A stretch of 64,000 bases of DNA, from the NCBI RefSeq assembly GCF_021869535.1, contig NW_026262679.1, forward strand, positions 126,480,001 to 126,544,000. Reading direction: 5' to 3'. Shown piece after piece: positions 50,118 through 62,410 of this stretch (positions within the stretch are counted from its first letter, which is position 1; every line of letters starts with the position of its first letter). The DNA comes from Mytilus californianus. Its lineage: Eukaryota. The position numbers and the translations under genes are program-made. The notes beneath the pieces were generated by a model. That model had not been told where the DNA came from and searched no databases. It saw only the letters and a list, made by a program, of their open reading frames with translations.

Positions 50118-52679
50118 TTTGAAAAATTAAATTTGTCACATTGGAAACAGTATTAATTATTTATTTATTAACATTTTGGAATTGTTACCATCACAGTATT
50201 ATTGATGTTTGTTGATAAATATAAAGTTACAAATGTTTTCAAAGGTGCTATCACCCTGTATCTTTGTTAATTATTTGAAATTCTATGAAGCATTTTTAAA
50301 AGAAAAGAAATAACAATTGAACAATCGGAAAGCACTATGAAAATATTTCAACCTTTGTAATTATTTAGCTGATTAAAAACCTTTATAACATGTTAAGTGT
50401 AAAATATTACAATATTTCCATACAACCAGTTTTTTTTCGTGATTTATTCTGAATATACACATGAAACTGTTTAAATATGTTTTCTACTGGATAAAAGGTG
50501 TAAATTGTATTTTACAACCTGACTTATGCTTGTAAAGGATTTTAAATTTTTTTTAAGTAAAAGGTACATATTTTCTCCATAACCTGGAGCATTAAATCAG
50601 TATTATCATGATTATTGTAACATCTGAGGAGACAGATGATAGTCATCTATTTAAGATTAAAATACAGTACTGTTTAAGTAATAGATCATGAACAGAAAGT
50701 TTTAAAGTGTAGAACTTTGACCTTAATATTTTTTTTATTTCTTTGAACATTGTGTGGGTGTGTCTACTACATGCATTTTGCTAAATCTTTTTTTACTCTT
50801 TTTACAATTGATCTATCATCAAGAACTGCCAGAAATTGTCATCATTCTAATGTTTGAACTTGAATCTTATGGCAAGTTGAAATTGGTTGTGTTTATATGC
50901 TTCTACTCTGCAACAAGTGGAATACTTGCTTGTTGTTACAGTATCATGAGTTTTAATTGAAATAACTTCCTAATGAATTGGAGATACTTTCTACAAAGAA
51001 CACTGTCAAAATTCTGTAGTAAGACAAAAAGTACTGTCAACACAAGTAAAACTTCATACTAAATATAGCTTATACTCAATATCCCAGCAAAATTGAGGGG
51101 TTAATTTTCTGGCATTCTAATGTCAATGTCAATATTATTTATCAAACTATCAACATTGTCATTTTGTGAAAAAACTTTTGAGGATGACAATATTATGTTA
51201 TAAAATTTTGATGATGTTAATATCATGTAATAAACTTTTGACAATGTCAATATTTTGTTGTAAAACTATTGACATTGTACATGTTTTGCCATTCATTGCC
51301 ATTTTATTCAGGTTCGAATATCATTAAATGGATTTTGTCATGCTGCAATTTGTTATTTTCTTTGCACATGGTTTAGGTTATGTCTTCTTAACATCTATGT
51401 TAATTTTTTTTCTCTTTGTTTTATTTGTATGATGATTGAAAATAAATCTGCTGTTAAGCAATGAGTTTATCTTATTCAAATGGTCTTGTAGAGGAAACAA
51501 GTTGTGAGGAACAGAGGACAAAGACAAAAAACAAAATTTGTTTTAAAATAACAAATCTATAAAAATTCTATGCAACTATATACCTTATGCCATTACTAAT
51601 GAGATTTGCTACATGTGTAGATACTAATTCATTAACAGTGGTTTAAAGTTAACTCAAAGGGATCAATCCAAACTTTTCAATGCAAGTTTTCTTGCACAAC
51701 TTGAGAAATTAATCCAGGCTATTCACATACCCTGTAATAATATAAAAATGACTAAAAATGCACAGAAAGACTAAGAACTGTCATACACCAGCTCTGCCTA
51801 AGATGTCTTCAGGGGGTAACAGTTTAAGCTTGATACATGTATATGCCAGTCCAATAACATAGAACTAAATACTGATTAGAACAAATAAAATACAAACATG
51901 ACAAATAAACCTATGACAATCAACCTGATCCTGAAGGTGACCAACAAGTTTCTGAGGTGATCATAACTTTATCATTAAACATTTTACTAACTGATTTTAA
52001 AGGAATCCAACAACACACAAAAAAAAAACAACATATACTATATGTTCTTCAACAAAAGACATGTTTAAACAATAGCTCTAAATAGCCCTAATTCAAGAAA
52101 ATTAGTGAATGAAATTTAGAGACTATTAATAATTTGCCATACACACCTAATCCCCATATCATTGCATAGTGACAAACGAAGATGTACTTTTGATCCTACA
52201 TACTATAAAACCATTGAGCATACATTAGCACACATATTACAATGTCTTCAATAGTCATTCTGATATAAAAATAAGGAGATGAGGTATGATTGCCAATGAG
52301 ACAACTATCCACTAAAGTTCAAATAAAGTGGATGTAAGCAATGTGGGCAACCATACGGCCTTCAAATGAGCTTGATCTAGGAGTGGTATGGCCATAGAAT
52401 GTTATAAAACTTATCTTTACAAACCATTACAAAGGTTGTAGAACCTCTAAATATGCTAAAGTGACCCATTTAAATCTAGTCTGCTGTCAGATTGCTAGCA
52501 TAAATAGTACTACAGGTCCAGGGTTAAATAATGGAACACAAAGGAATTATTAATGAAAGGACAAATTGGTGTTTATCATCCAGTTGCAAATATTACATGA
52601 ATATCAGGACAAGAAAATGTTGAATTGATTTAAATTTGAACCCTGCTTTGTTAAGAGTATGACATGATGAGCTGGATTT

Positions 52680-52860
52680 CCCACATTGAAATATTACAGT
52701 CCCCTAACCAACCAATCTTTTTCTCTTACTCATAAATGCTAATTGCTTAGCAGAGAAGCAGCAAATACCAATTTTCAAATCTTTTGTTTGACCGGGCTGG
52801 GGTTTAAACCCATGTGCTCCCTAGCCTCAGGTGAGTACATTTACAGGAGACAACCGAGTG
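52680..52860 (-). mobile_element. Degenerate tRNA-derived SINE, probably V-SINE type
   Basis: The minus strand reads gggtttaaacccc (B-box-like) followed by ggtcaaacaaaagatttgaaaattggtatttgctgcttctctgctaagca, which resembles a conserved central SINE domain (from recall). Confidence 0.55.
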
Positions 52861-53086
52861 AATTTAAATTTATTGAGTTAAAGGAACAGTTAAAATATTC
52901 TGGTATAACAGTTTGGTAGCTGCCATTGGTCAGATTTGCCTCAAGGACAAACATTGAATCATAAGTTTCTATCTATGCCATTTGTTTAAAAAAATTGGTC
53001 AGTATTTTTTTGGACTTTTATTAGAAAATAAATAGGAGTGATTGGCATAAAATCTAAAGAATGTAAAATAACACCACAACATTGTA

Positions 53087-53349
53087 AACAAGAATGTGTC
53101 CATAGTACACGGATTCCCCACTCGCACTATCATTTTCTATGTTCAGTTCAGAAATTGGGGTCAAAACTTTAATTTAGCATTAAAATTAGAAAGATCATAT
53201 CATAGGGAACATGTGTACTAAGTTGCAAGTTGATTGGACTTCAGCTTCATCAAAAACTACCTTGTCCAAAAACTTTAACCTGAAGCGGGACAGACGGGCG
53301 AATGGACAGATGCACAGACTAAAAACATGCCCCTAGGTGGGGCATAAAA
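53087..53349 (+). mobile_element. Short HINE (aacaagaatgtgtcc…GGAC microsatellite…atgcccctaggtggggcataaaaa)
   Basis: Typical 5' aacaag start, microsatellite, and 3' hairpin with A-tail. Confidence 0.7.
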
Positions 53350-54273
53350 ACATGACACAGAAACCAAAGATTAGGAAACTGAAAACCAACAAAAATCCAG
53401 CAATCAGCTCAGGTGCTCTGGAAAGGGAAAACGTTCCATACCAGGTCTACTTGTTGCAACTGTCATGTTACTCATTTCAAGTGAATATTAGATTATAAGT
53501 ATTATTTAGTGATAGCCTTAAAAAGAAAGACTACACTGTGGCTATGACACTTGGAAAATAATATTGGTGGTCAACTGCCCCAAAGACTTTACGCAATAGC
53601 CAAGGTCATAAGTGCATTTATGATTTCTTTGTAAGTTTGACTTCAACTTTATCAATAAGAATCCTTAAGTATAAATGACTATCAATATACTTAAAATTAA
53701 AGTGGACAAGTTTATTTGTTCCTGTAATTTGTTTCCTGTCAGTATGGGTTTTATAAAATATTCTGTTACAGTAATTTACAGCATCTAACAAGATTTGATT
53801 AAATTAATTTTCATACACTGCTGACATAGTGAATGAAATCACTAATCCAAAGATAAAAGACCATGCAAGATGATATATGTACAATTCAGTTGTTGCTTTT
53901 GATTTCTAAAATACTAAATAGCTTATATCTTGAAATAAAATTGCAAAACAGCAGTTCTGTGAATTTGAAAATTTTGTTTAAATCTCACTTTAGATTCCTA
54001 GCTTCAGAAGATACCTTTTACATTTGCACAGCCTTAAATAACGAAATAAAAACAGGAATCTTAAAACGATTTATTGAAATATCAATACAAATAGACAATA
54101 TGTTCAAATTCATGTCTCCATAACAACATATAGAAACAAGATTTCCAAGGAAACAAAATCAGTCACATATTATTTATATGTCCAATTGCACAAATATCAT
54201 CCTCCATAGGCTTTTATCAAAATGTGTTTTCAATGTCATATCAATTTCATGTGAGATGTTCTCCATAAAATTC

Positions 54274-57200
54274 TCAGATGAGAAGTTCTGCCAATTTATT
54301 CTCACTTTTCAACTTCAGATAGGCCGCATACTGACCTGGTGTGTTTTTAAATGATGAAATCTTTCTTTTAATCTGTTTTGGTGTGTCTTGATAATAATTT
54401 TTCCTGTCTTTTGCCATAGCCTAAAATCAAGATACAAAACATGCTTAATATCAACCCACTGTAATCAGTAAACTTAGGAAATTAAACAATACAAATTAGA
54501 AAATAATGAAAATCAAAGTGGATGTGAACACTGATGAAGTAATGATTGCTTACATTTTGCATAGTAAACTTTAAATAAAACATAGCAATATTGTACAAAG
54601 AAACATATTTTGGAAGCATTGTGGATTGAGTTATTTCCCTTTGTCCATTTAATTGTACATGTAGGTAGAAGTGATAGATTCATATATGCCGTATATGGTG
54701 TACTATTTTTGGCAAATTCATCCTTTAATAAAGCTTGTTTATTTGATGTTTTAACTAGTTTCCCATCAGCACCAGCCATCCCTGTGGAGTATGGTTTATT
54801 AGCATGGAGTCAGTATAAAGTACTAACATCAAGTGGCGCTGATGACTTTATTTGGTCTGACCAGCAATTTTTCATTTTACATTCTTCTTAACATAAAAAA
54901 ATAGCATATAACCATGGCTTCTTACATTATAGTGGTAGACCCATTCATACCTTACACAATCTCCTTATATTAAACAAATCCTGTTACCATGGGTTCTCTC
55001 ATTATAGCGGTGCAAACATAATTACCTTATAATCTTCTCCATATGTTTCTAACATGCACACACAATATCTAACCAAAGGTTCTGACAACTGTAAAGTTTT
55101 AGCAGGAGGAATACTGGCTTCTTCTTCTAATTCTGTAATATTGAAAACAACTATCAGTGTTCCAGTTTGAATCTCAGGGCAGAAGGGTGCTAGTTGACCC
55201 AAAGGGCACTTAAGCGCAATCATCCAGATTTTCAAGGCAAAGTTGCAAGATAAAATGAATGCCAAAAAAAATCAATTCTGATAAATCACTTCCTATAGAA
55301 AATGTACCTATAAAACGAGCCAATATAAAGCATCTTTGAAAAATTTAACATAAGTGGGTTGTTAGTACATGTCCTGAAAACAAAATTCAATATTTCTAAG
55401 ATAACTTGAGGCCATATTTTAAGCATATTTATAAAGGTATTTTGTTCTGGATGTTATTTCCATGTTTTATCACATTATTATAAAATGAAGCAAGACACAT
55501 AATTATGATCTAGTATTTGGTCAATTATCTTAAATCATCTAATTAGCAGAAGCCAATCATCAACATAGGTGAGAAAACTTCATAACCTTAGAAAAAGATA
55601 GCATGATAAGAGTCATTAATTTAAAATGATATCTCAGCCAAAAGTCTAGCGAACATACATGTATGAAGGCTGTTTTTTTTTTATAGATTTAAAACACCTG
55701 ATTTTAGAACTCAAACGGCAAATAAGTGGCCTTATCCTGTTCCTCTTTTCTTATCTTGTTAATCTACTGTTGCAAGGAGAATAAATCAGGTTAATCAAAT
55801 AAAATAACAAATTTCATCTATACAACAGGAAAAGAAATCTGAAAATCTCAGTTTCTACGTAAACATAAGCCATACGTCAGGAACAATATTCTGGACATTT
55901 GTCAGATAAACTTGACCATTTCACATTGAATCTAAAACCAAGTGGTTGAGATCATTTGTTATTGTACAGACAGAAACAAAAATACTGTGACCCCAAACTG
56001 GATAAAACCAAGTACTAAGCCATCCATGAATTAATTCAGAGGAGTAAGTACCGATTTACTGTAATACATAGCTGTAGTGAGAGGTCTTGAAGAAATTACT
56101 TATATTTTTAGCATACATTAATTTCTAGCGTTGAACTTTAGAGTTGGATTACAAGTCTGATAAACATTGAAATATAAAATGTATCAAAATTACGGTACCA
56201 AACTATAACATGCAAATTATCGAGGAAATCATCTGATCGCTTCTCAAAGTAGCTCAGTTTTGCAGACAAATCTCTAATCCTTTTTTGCAATGGAATGATG
56301 AAACTCCTATCAAAATATAGTTTTAGACACATTTCAGGCTTCAGTAAATGATTTATTTAGAGAGGTTTTATATACGATTAACAAACCTTTAATAACTGTT
56401 GTTTGTTTAGTTTTCTTCTCTTTCTTTTGTGTTTTCTTATTTTCACTGTTAAGCAATTCCTGAAACAAAGAAAGTAATTTGATTATAGTAACAATAAACA
56501 TTCATTGATCTGTAACTATAAACATGCATGTTATTTTAAATCAATTCTTTTTCATACTGTTACAAACACGTCTACTGTTTATACACTGTAAGCAAAATCA
56601 TTATTCACGATTTTCACAAGTAGAAAAAGAGTTTGAAAATAAATCATTGCAAATGTGCAAAACTTGAATCATCCCTTGAATAAGTACTAGTGCATTAAGA
56701 AAACTGGAAAATCGCAGAAAGTTGGTTTAAATTAAATGGCAGCTTTCTTATCATATTGTTTCTTCTGATCAAGCTACTTTTGTAACAATTTATAATTTTA
56801 TTTACTGGCCTATTGGACAATGTTGGACTACTCTTCTTCTAATCAATCATGAATTAACAAGTCTCAGGGTAACAGGCTAGCATTAGTGTCAACCCCTAGC
56901 TTAACAAAATTTTCACAGACAAAGACCTAGATCTGGATGTCAATCGTGAGTCACAGTAGCTACAATGTATACTCATGGAGAAATATTGTCAGACTTATAG
57001 ATTCAAATATCTGCTCTTAGACTCTTATGCCAGAACATTGACTTAAAAGTTTTCAACTTAACTGATACATTTATAGCAATGCTAATAATGTGTAAGTGAA
57101 TAGAATAACAGTGTTAAACAACATACCTTGGTGCTTGGTACTTTTAATGTGATATTTGGGTCACTGGACAGACCCATCAACCTCATATTCTGTTCAACAG

Positions 57201-60200
57201 ACTTATTTGCAATCCATGCTTTCTTAATTTGTTTACTGAAATGAATGGAAAATTAATTTAAACCTCTTTTCTGTATGCCATCAAGTAATTGATAGCAATC
57301 AACATGGCAAAGTCTCCATCAAACCCTTAATCTGTATAACTGCATGTCACATTACAACATCTACTTGAAGTATATATTTGTACATGCATATGTATACATG
57401 AATAATAAAGTATATCTGGAACGTTTTTTCAATACAACGCACTGCATCACCATCAACCAATATAATTCTTCAAGCAGAGCTCTTGGATTTAAAAATACCC
57501 CTAACTGCATTTCAATACATGTATATGCTGCTTAAATATTTCATCTGCATGCTTTTATGTTATGGGCTTTTTAAAAAAAATGATGACTAAGTGTGACATA
57601 TATATATGTATTTTCATATTTATATTCAGAAAAAATCTCTTATGTTTTCGTACTGATATATTATGTGAACCGTATCAAAATAAACCTTTCGTATAAGTAT
57701 TAGTGTACCCAGTTAAATGGGGATCTTCCCCAACCACAGGTACTAGACGGTCTCAGTGTCTCACTAATTAGCGACAAGAAGCGTCAAGAAGAAAAAAATT
57801 AGCGGCCAAAAAAAAAATTAGCGACACGAAAAAAATAGCAACAAGAAGACAAATTTAGCGACAAGAAAGTTTCTATGTACTATTAAAACAATAAATTTAT
57901 TGAAAAGTCAATTAATTTTAGTTGATGTTTTGCTGTTTTTTAAAGTTTCAAATTTTGCTATATTTAGTAGTACTACGTATGTCTTGTAATGAATTTTTAT
58001 TATCTGATATATTTATATATATAGACCTTTTTAGTGAAACAAATAAAGATCATATTATTCTCTTATAATTTGGTTTGAACCTTTGATATATCAACCATGC
58101 CGACTTGATTCATTCATTTATACACTAAAATGTAAACAGTATATATATCTATTTAAACATATCCTTTATTATTCTTCTGTCGCTAAATTATAATTAGTGA
58201 GACCCGATACTAGAGGGTCGTAATGGGGGTATCTTCATGACGAATAATGGTAAAAAATCTGGCCGAATGACGTTAACGGTAATTTTTGGTGCATGACGAT
58301 AAAATGAACACTTTATACAGTGTTCTCAATAAGATTTTGAATAAGAGGAAGAAAAATAAAAGTAGCAGGCAATCATGAGGGCCATAAGGCCCGAAGCGAG
58401 CGTCGCAGGCGCGAGAGGGGGGTATCCCCCCTTCTCGTTAAGCTGGGGGTTCGGATTTTTGAAAATCTAGATTGCAGGAGGTGGCATCTGGGCTGTTCTG
58501 TGTAGATTTTGACCTCTTATTCTTCATGTTAATTTGTCCATTTTTAGTAGCTTATTTAAATTTTTCCTCAAAAATTGAAAATTAATGTGATTTTTTTTGC
58601 AGATTTTATATGACATGGCTTGCTTCACCCCTTTCCATGTTCAATGTTCTTCTTAGTCTTCATCACTTAGGGCTATTCCAGAATTGATTGTTTGGGGAGG
58701 GAAAAGCACATTTTATTTGAATAAAATTTTAATTCATATTTCCATAATTTTAAATTTTGATTGGGAAAATATTTAAAGTAGCCCATGCATTTTTTTTTTA
58801 TTATGAATGTGCCTTTCCCGTCACTATACAGACATTTCTGGAATAGCCCTTATAATTGTGTCTTCACTTCATATTATTTCTTAGTGTCTTGTGTTATCAT
58901 TTCAAATAGAATTCAATGAGAACATTAATTTATGCTTTATTCAGTTATTCAAAAACTGGTAAGATTTATATTTAGAGGAAACCAGAGTTGCCTTTGGAAA
59001 CTGTCAACCCGCAGTAAGCAACTGACAAAATATGGCTATATAAATAATAAATTTTAAATCCAGGAAATAGGAACTCTGTCATGTCAACAGTCTATCAGGT
59101 TACACTCAATCCGAAATAGTCAAATCGGCATCTGATCAAATAGGCACCTATTTTAAAGTCATTTCGGCATTTAGTTGGTCAGTTCGGCACCAAATAATAA
59201 TGTTCATCTGTTTTCTGCTTTTTAATTATTTAGAAAAAAATTGGGGTTGGATTTTATTTTGTTCAGTACATTGTTAAAAATAATCTTGTTATTAAGAAGT
59301 AAAATGGGAAAGAGTTCCATATGGCACCCCCACGGAATAAACTGTAATACATTATTGTGTTCTTTTTGTATGGTGGGGTGCCATATGGAACTCTTACCTT
59401 TTTTTCTTCAAAAACTTAAATTAAAACCAATGAAGCCATTACCCAAGCTGTTGTTTAATCATGAATAAATAAGAAGCAATAAATAATAATAAATAAAATA
59501 AATTTTATTTTATTATTGTGTCACATACTGATTGAACATTATACAATGACATAATAAAAATATACATTAAAACAATCAGTACCCAGCCATAAGATTGGCT
59601 TATGAGACACATATCTACAAAACATTTCACATTTAAATATATGTAAATATAACATTTCCTAAAATTTGATTTTTGTACAATAAAAGGGCAAACTATTAGT
59701 CCAGGTCATCACTATCAACTGGTTAAAACATGCATAATAAATATCCAATACCTTGAATAAACATATAGTTGACCGAAGAAAATACACAAAGAAACAAAAA
59801 GAACTTGATTATATACAATAATTAATTCTGGCCATCCCCCTTCTTTATTTTAATTTTTTTTGCTTAAAATACTAAAACCAATATATAGTCAACGTATATT
59901 TGACTAGGTACCGAATTGAGAAAAGATCAGTATACCGGGTGCCGATTTAACCACATTCCGAAGTGACTAGAATTCGTCAGATGTTGACTGATTTCACCGT
60001 GTTTTATTTTACTTTATACTCCGTCGATTATACAAAAGAATACATAAATGACCACAAGTTTAAATCCATGTAAGATACACTAAGCGAGCTTTCTTATCTT
60101 TACTTTACTGTAAATCCGGCTCACGCTAAAAGTAATCACTGATCGTTCTCTTCATGTTTGAGGTTGCAACGAGCTGTCTAAAATATCCGCGTCAACATCA

Positions 60201-60954
60201 ATTTCGATTTGTACAGAGTTAATCGCTTTGTTTCAAACGCTCAAATGATTTAAAACTGGTTAACGTTTACTATTGTGTTATTTACGCCTGGCGGACGAGT
60301 TAGTAGAAAAAAGATGTACGACATATCCCGACTATGCGATTTTCGTGTATGTCATATTTTTGTCAATGAATTAATAGCCGGCACAAAACACCGCAATAGG
60401 CGGCAGATTTTGCCGGTTGCCGGCTCTTATTGAGAACACTGTTATATAATCGACTGATTTTGATGAATCACGATAAATTCTTTCCAAAAATAACAGTAAC
60501 TGTTAATTATTTGAGACCTCTGAAAAATCACAATAGGGATAGTTTGACGAATCACAATAAAATTTTAACCAATTTGACGCTAACGGTAACCGAAAATGAC
60601 TGTTTGACGCCTGACGGTAAAGGGCATTCCTACCCTCATACTAAATGTTCTATCAATAACAATAAAATATGGGCAATGCGAAGAAAATAGTTTCAATGCT
60701 TATATGTGTATCTTTATTGTATAGATTGACACGATTTTCTTCCCATTGCCCATATTTTATTATTATTGATAGTAGTTTTTAGTACTCTCTAGTGTCTGTG
60801 GCTGTGCTGTGGCCCAACCTGTGAAATATTGAAAGACTTCGAAATTATATTACCATTCGATTGCAGGCAATTTCTTTGAACTTTTCCATTCTTTTGATCT
60901 ATTTCTGTCATATTGAAATCTAGGTTGTCTGTGTGTTTTTCTAGGTTTTCCCAT
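54274..60954 (-). CDS. NOP16: Nucleolar protein 16, 178 aa. Exons 60954-60854, 57235-57127, 56459-56387, 55132-55026, 54420-54274
   Basis: GT-AG introns with matching phases (2,0,1,0). Translation MGKPRKTHRQPRFQYDRNRSKEWKSSKKLPAIECKQIKKAWIANKSVEQNMRLMGLSSDPN...ELEEEASIP...YGEDYKAMAKDRKNYYQDTPKQIKRKI matches the NOP16 signature (W..KSV.QN..MGL..DPN and GEDYKAMA.D.KNYYQDTPKQI). Confidence 0.95.
57760..58203. mobile_element. MITE with gtctcactaatta…gcgaca TIRs and subterminal tagcgacaagaa repeats
   Basis: Left gtctcactaattagcgacaagaag; right cttctgtcgctaaattataattagtgagac. Confidence 0.65.
58318..60441. mobile_element. 2.1-kb non-autonomous DNA transposon with 17-bp perfect TIRs CAGTGTTCTCAATAAGA (hAT-like ends)
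   Basis: cagtgttctcaataaga at 58318 and tcttattgagaacactg ending at 60441. No clean 8-bp TSD. Confidence 0.65.
59306..59398. repeat. ~90-bp hairpin with 23-bp arms (aagagttccatatggcacccc…ggggtgccatatggaactctt)
   Basis: Arms are near-perfect reverse complements. Confidence 0.8.
60651..60771. repeat. ~120-bp hairpin/MITE with 38-bp arms
   Basis: tatcaataacaataaaatatgggcaatgcgaagaaaat versus attttcttcccattgcccatattttattattattgata (2 mismatches). Confidence 0.8.
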
Positions 60955-61007
60955 TTTAAGGATGGATTTTCATTTCTAAACGTAAACAATGTCAACAACG
61001 CTTAGAA

Positions 61008-61013
61008 CACGTG
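61008..61013. promoter_or_regulatory. E-box CACGTG with an adjacent CAGGAAG (minus strand), about 55 bp upstream of the NOP16 ATG
   Basis: Sequence aacacgtgcttcctg. Position only; ribosome-biogenesis genes are established Myc targets. Confidence 0.3.
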
Positions 61014-61374
61014 CTTCCTGTAAACAAATATGGACATTAAAGGAAAGATTATACTTTGCAACCGTGTAATCTTTGTTTTTGATATTTTTTGTGTTTTTTT
61101 TGTGTTTTTTTTTTGTATACACCAACGCCGACTTACAAATAATGCAAAGTAATTTGATTATAAAAGTGATAAAATAAAAACAATTCATTATATGATAGTT
61201 TTCAACTATCTATCTACATATTTCTGCACTCGATCAGCTTCAACTTTGACTAGTGTGTGTGGCTAAGGATATGTATAGTGATCCTTAGCCATGGCGTGGC
61301 TTATATATATCGTGTACATTTAAAAAATGAAATTCATTTTAAGTAATATGACGTATATAATGATTTACTTTTAC

Positions 61375-61403
61375 CAGAGACATATATATATTATATGTCT
61401 CTG
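61375..61403. mobile_element. 29-bp palindromic insertion with 7-bp TSD CTTTTAC
   Basis: CAGAGACATATATATATTATATGTCTCTG, flanked by CTTTTAC at 61368-61374 and 61404-61410. Confidence 0.75.
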
Positions 61404-62254
61404 CTTTTACAAATTGTGACTTGGATGGAGAGTTGTCTCAAAGGCACTCATACCACATCTTCAAGTCTTGTATCTATTTACATTTGGTGAACAGACAAAT
61501 AAATATCTTTATGGTAAGATCCCGAGGGTTAATGATTTTTAACAAGTGGATTTTGCATGTTTTCTTAACTTATCATCATATTTTTCGATAATCAGATAAA
61601 CTAATTTGCGAGGAATCGTACGCGCCTATAAACTATATACGAAAAATCGAATGCTCCTAGAATCAAATACACGGGAAATTGAATGCTCCTTAGATCAAAA
61701 CTTGAGGCGAATCGCATTCCCCTTAATGATGTTTTCGTTCTTTTCGGGATTTTTTTTCATAATGATTTAGTCATGTGAATTAAAAAAATCTGGAATTTAA
61801 AATTTATACTTTAAAGCAGAAGAGCAACATTCTTGATTATTTTGCCTATTTGCCTATTTTTCTGTATTATTATTTATTTTTTGTCCCGCATTCGCATTGA
61901 ACTTTTTGCCCATTACTCTCATTTCTGTAAACCCCATCCAGACCCTCATATGTTTGATTTTCAAAAAAATTTGCAGGGCGTAGGGCGGAAAAGGGGGCAA
62001 TTATTTTTGAAAATAAAAAAAACGAAAATGAAAGAGGAGACTGACTAACTTCTAGACTATTGCAAGTTGGTTTTTTTTCCTTTTTTATATCGTCCTGCTC
62101 AATAGTTCAGCACTTCCCATCTTACTAGACATCAACCAGCCAATATGTACAGTGTCAATAGTTTTAATCATATTGATTTATCTATTTTCTTTAAAATCAA
62201 AAATATGGAGAAACCTCAGTCCTTTTTCACCGAGCGGAGATAGTAACTTTAATA

Positions 62255-62410
62255 CTATGATATTATTACGTGATTATTTCTGTATTGGCCTTGTTATTGG
62301 TCCGAGGCTTACTGTATTGGCCTGAGGCGAAGCCGAAGGCCAATACAGCTGGCCGAGGACCAATAACAAGGCCAATACAGAAATAATCACGTAATGATAT
62401 CTTTATTAAT
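62255..62410. mobile_element. ~150-bp near-perfect palindrome, the left part of an element extending to about 63250
   Basis: Arms attacgtgattatttctgtattggccttgttattggtcc and ggaccaataacaaggccaatacagaaataatcacgtaat. Related tattggccgag repeats occur at 63140-63185. Confidence 0.8.

Noticed and set aside
55480-55570. TGATGA box-C-like motif on the minus strand in NOP16 intron 3
   Set aside because: No box D (CTGA) or terminal stem at a suitable distance.
61260-61291. Short palindrome tggctaaggat…atccttagcca near the 29-bp micro-element
   Set aside because: Real 11-bp arms, but no matching flanking direct repeat, so it is not counted among the TSD-bearing micro-insertions.
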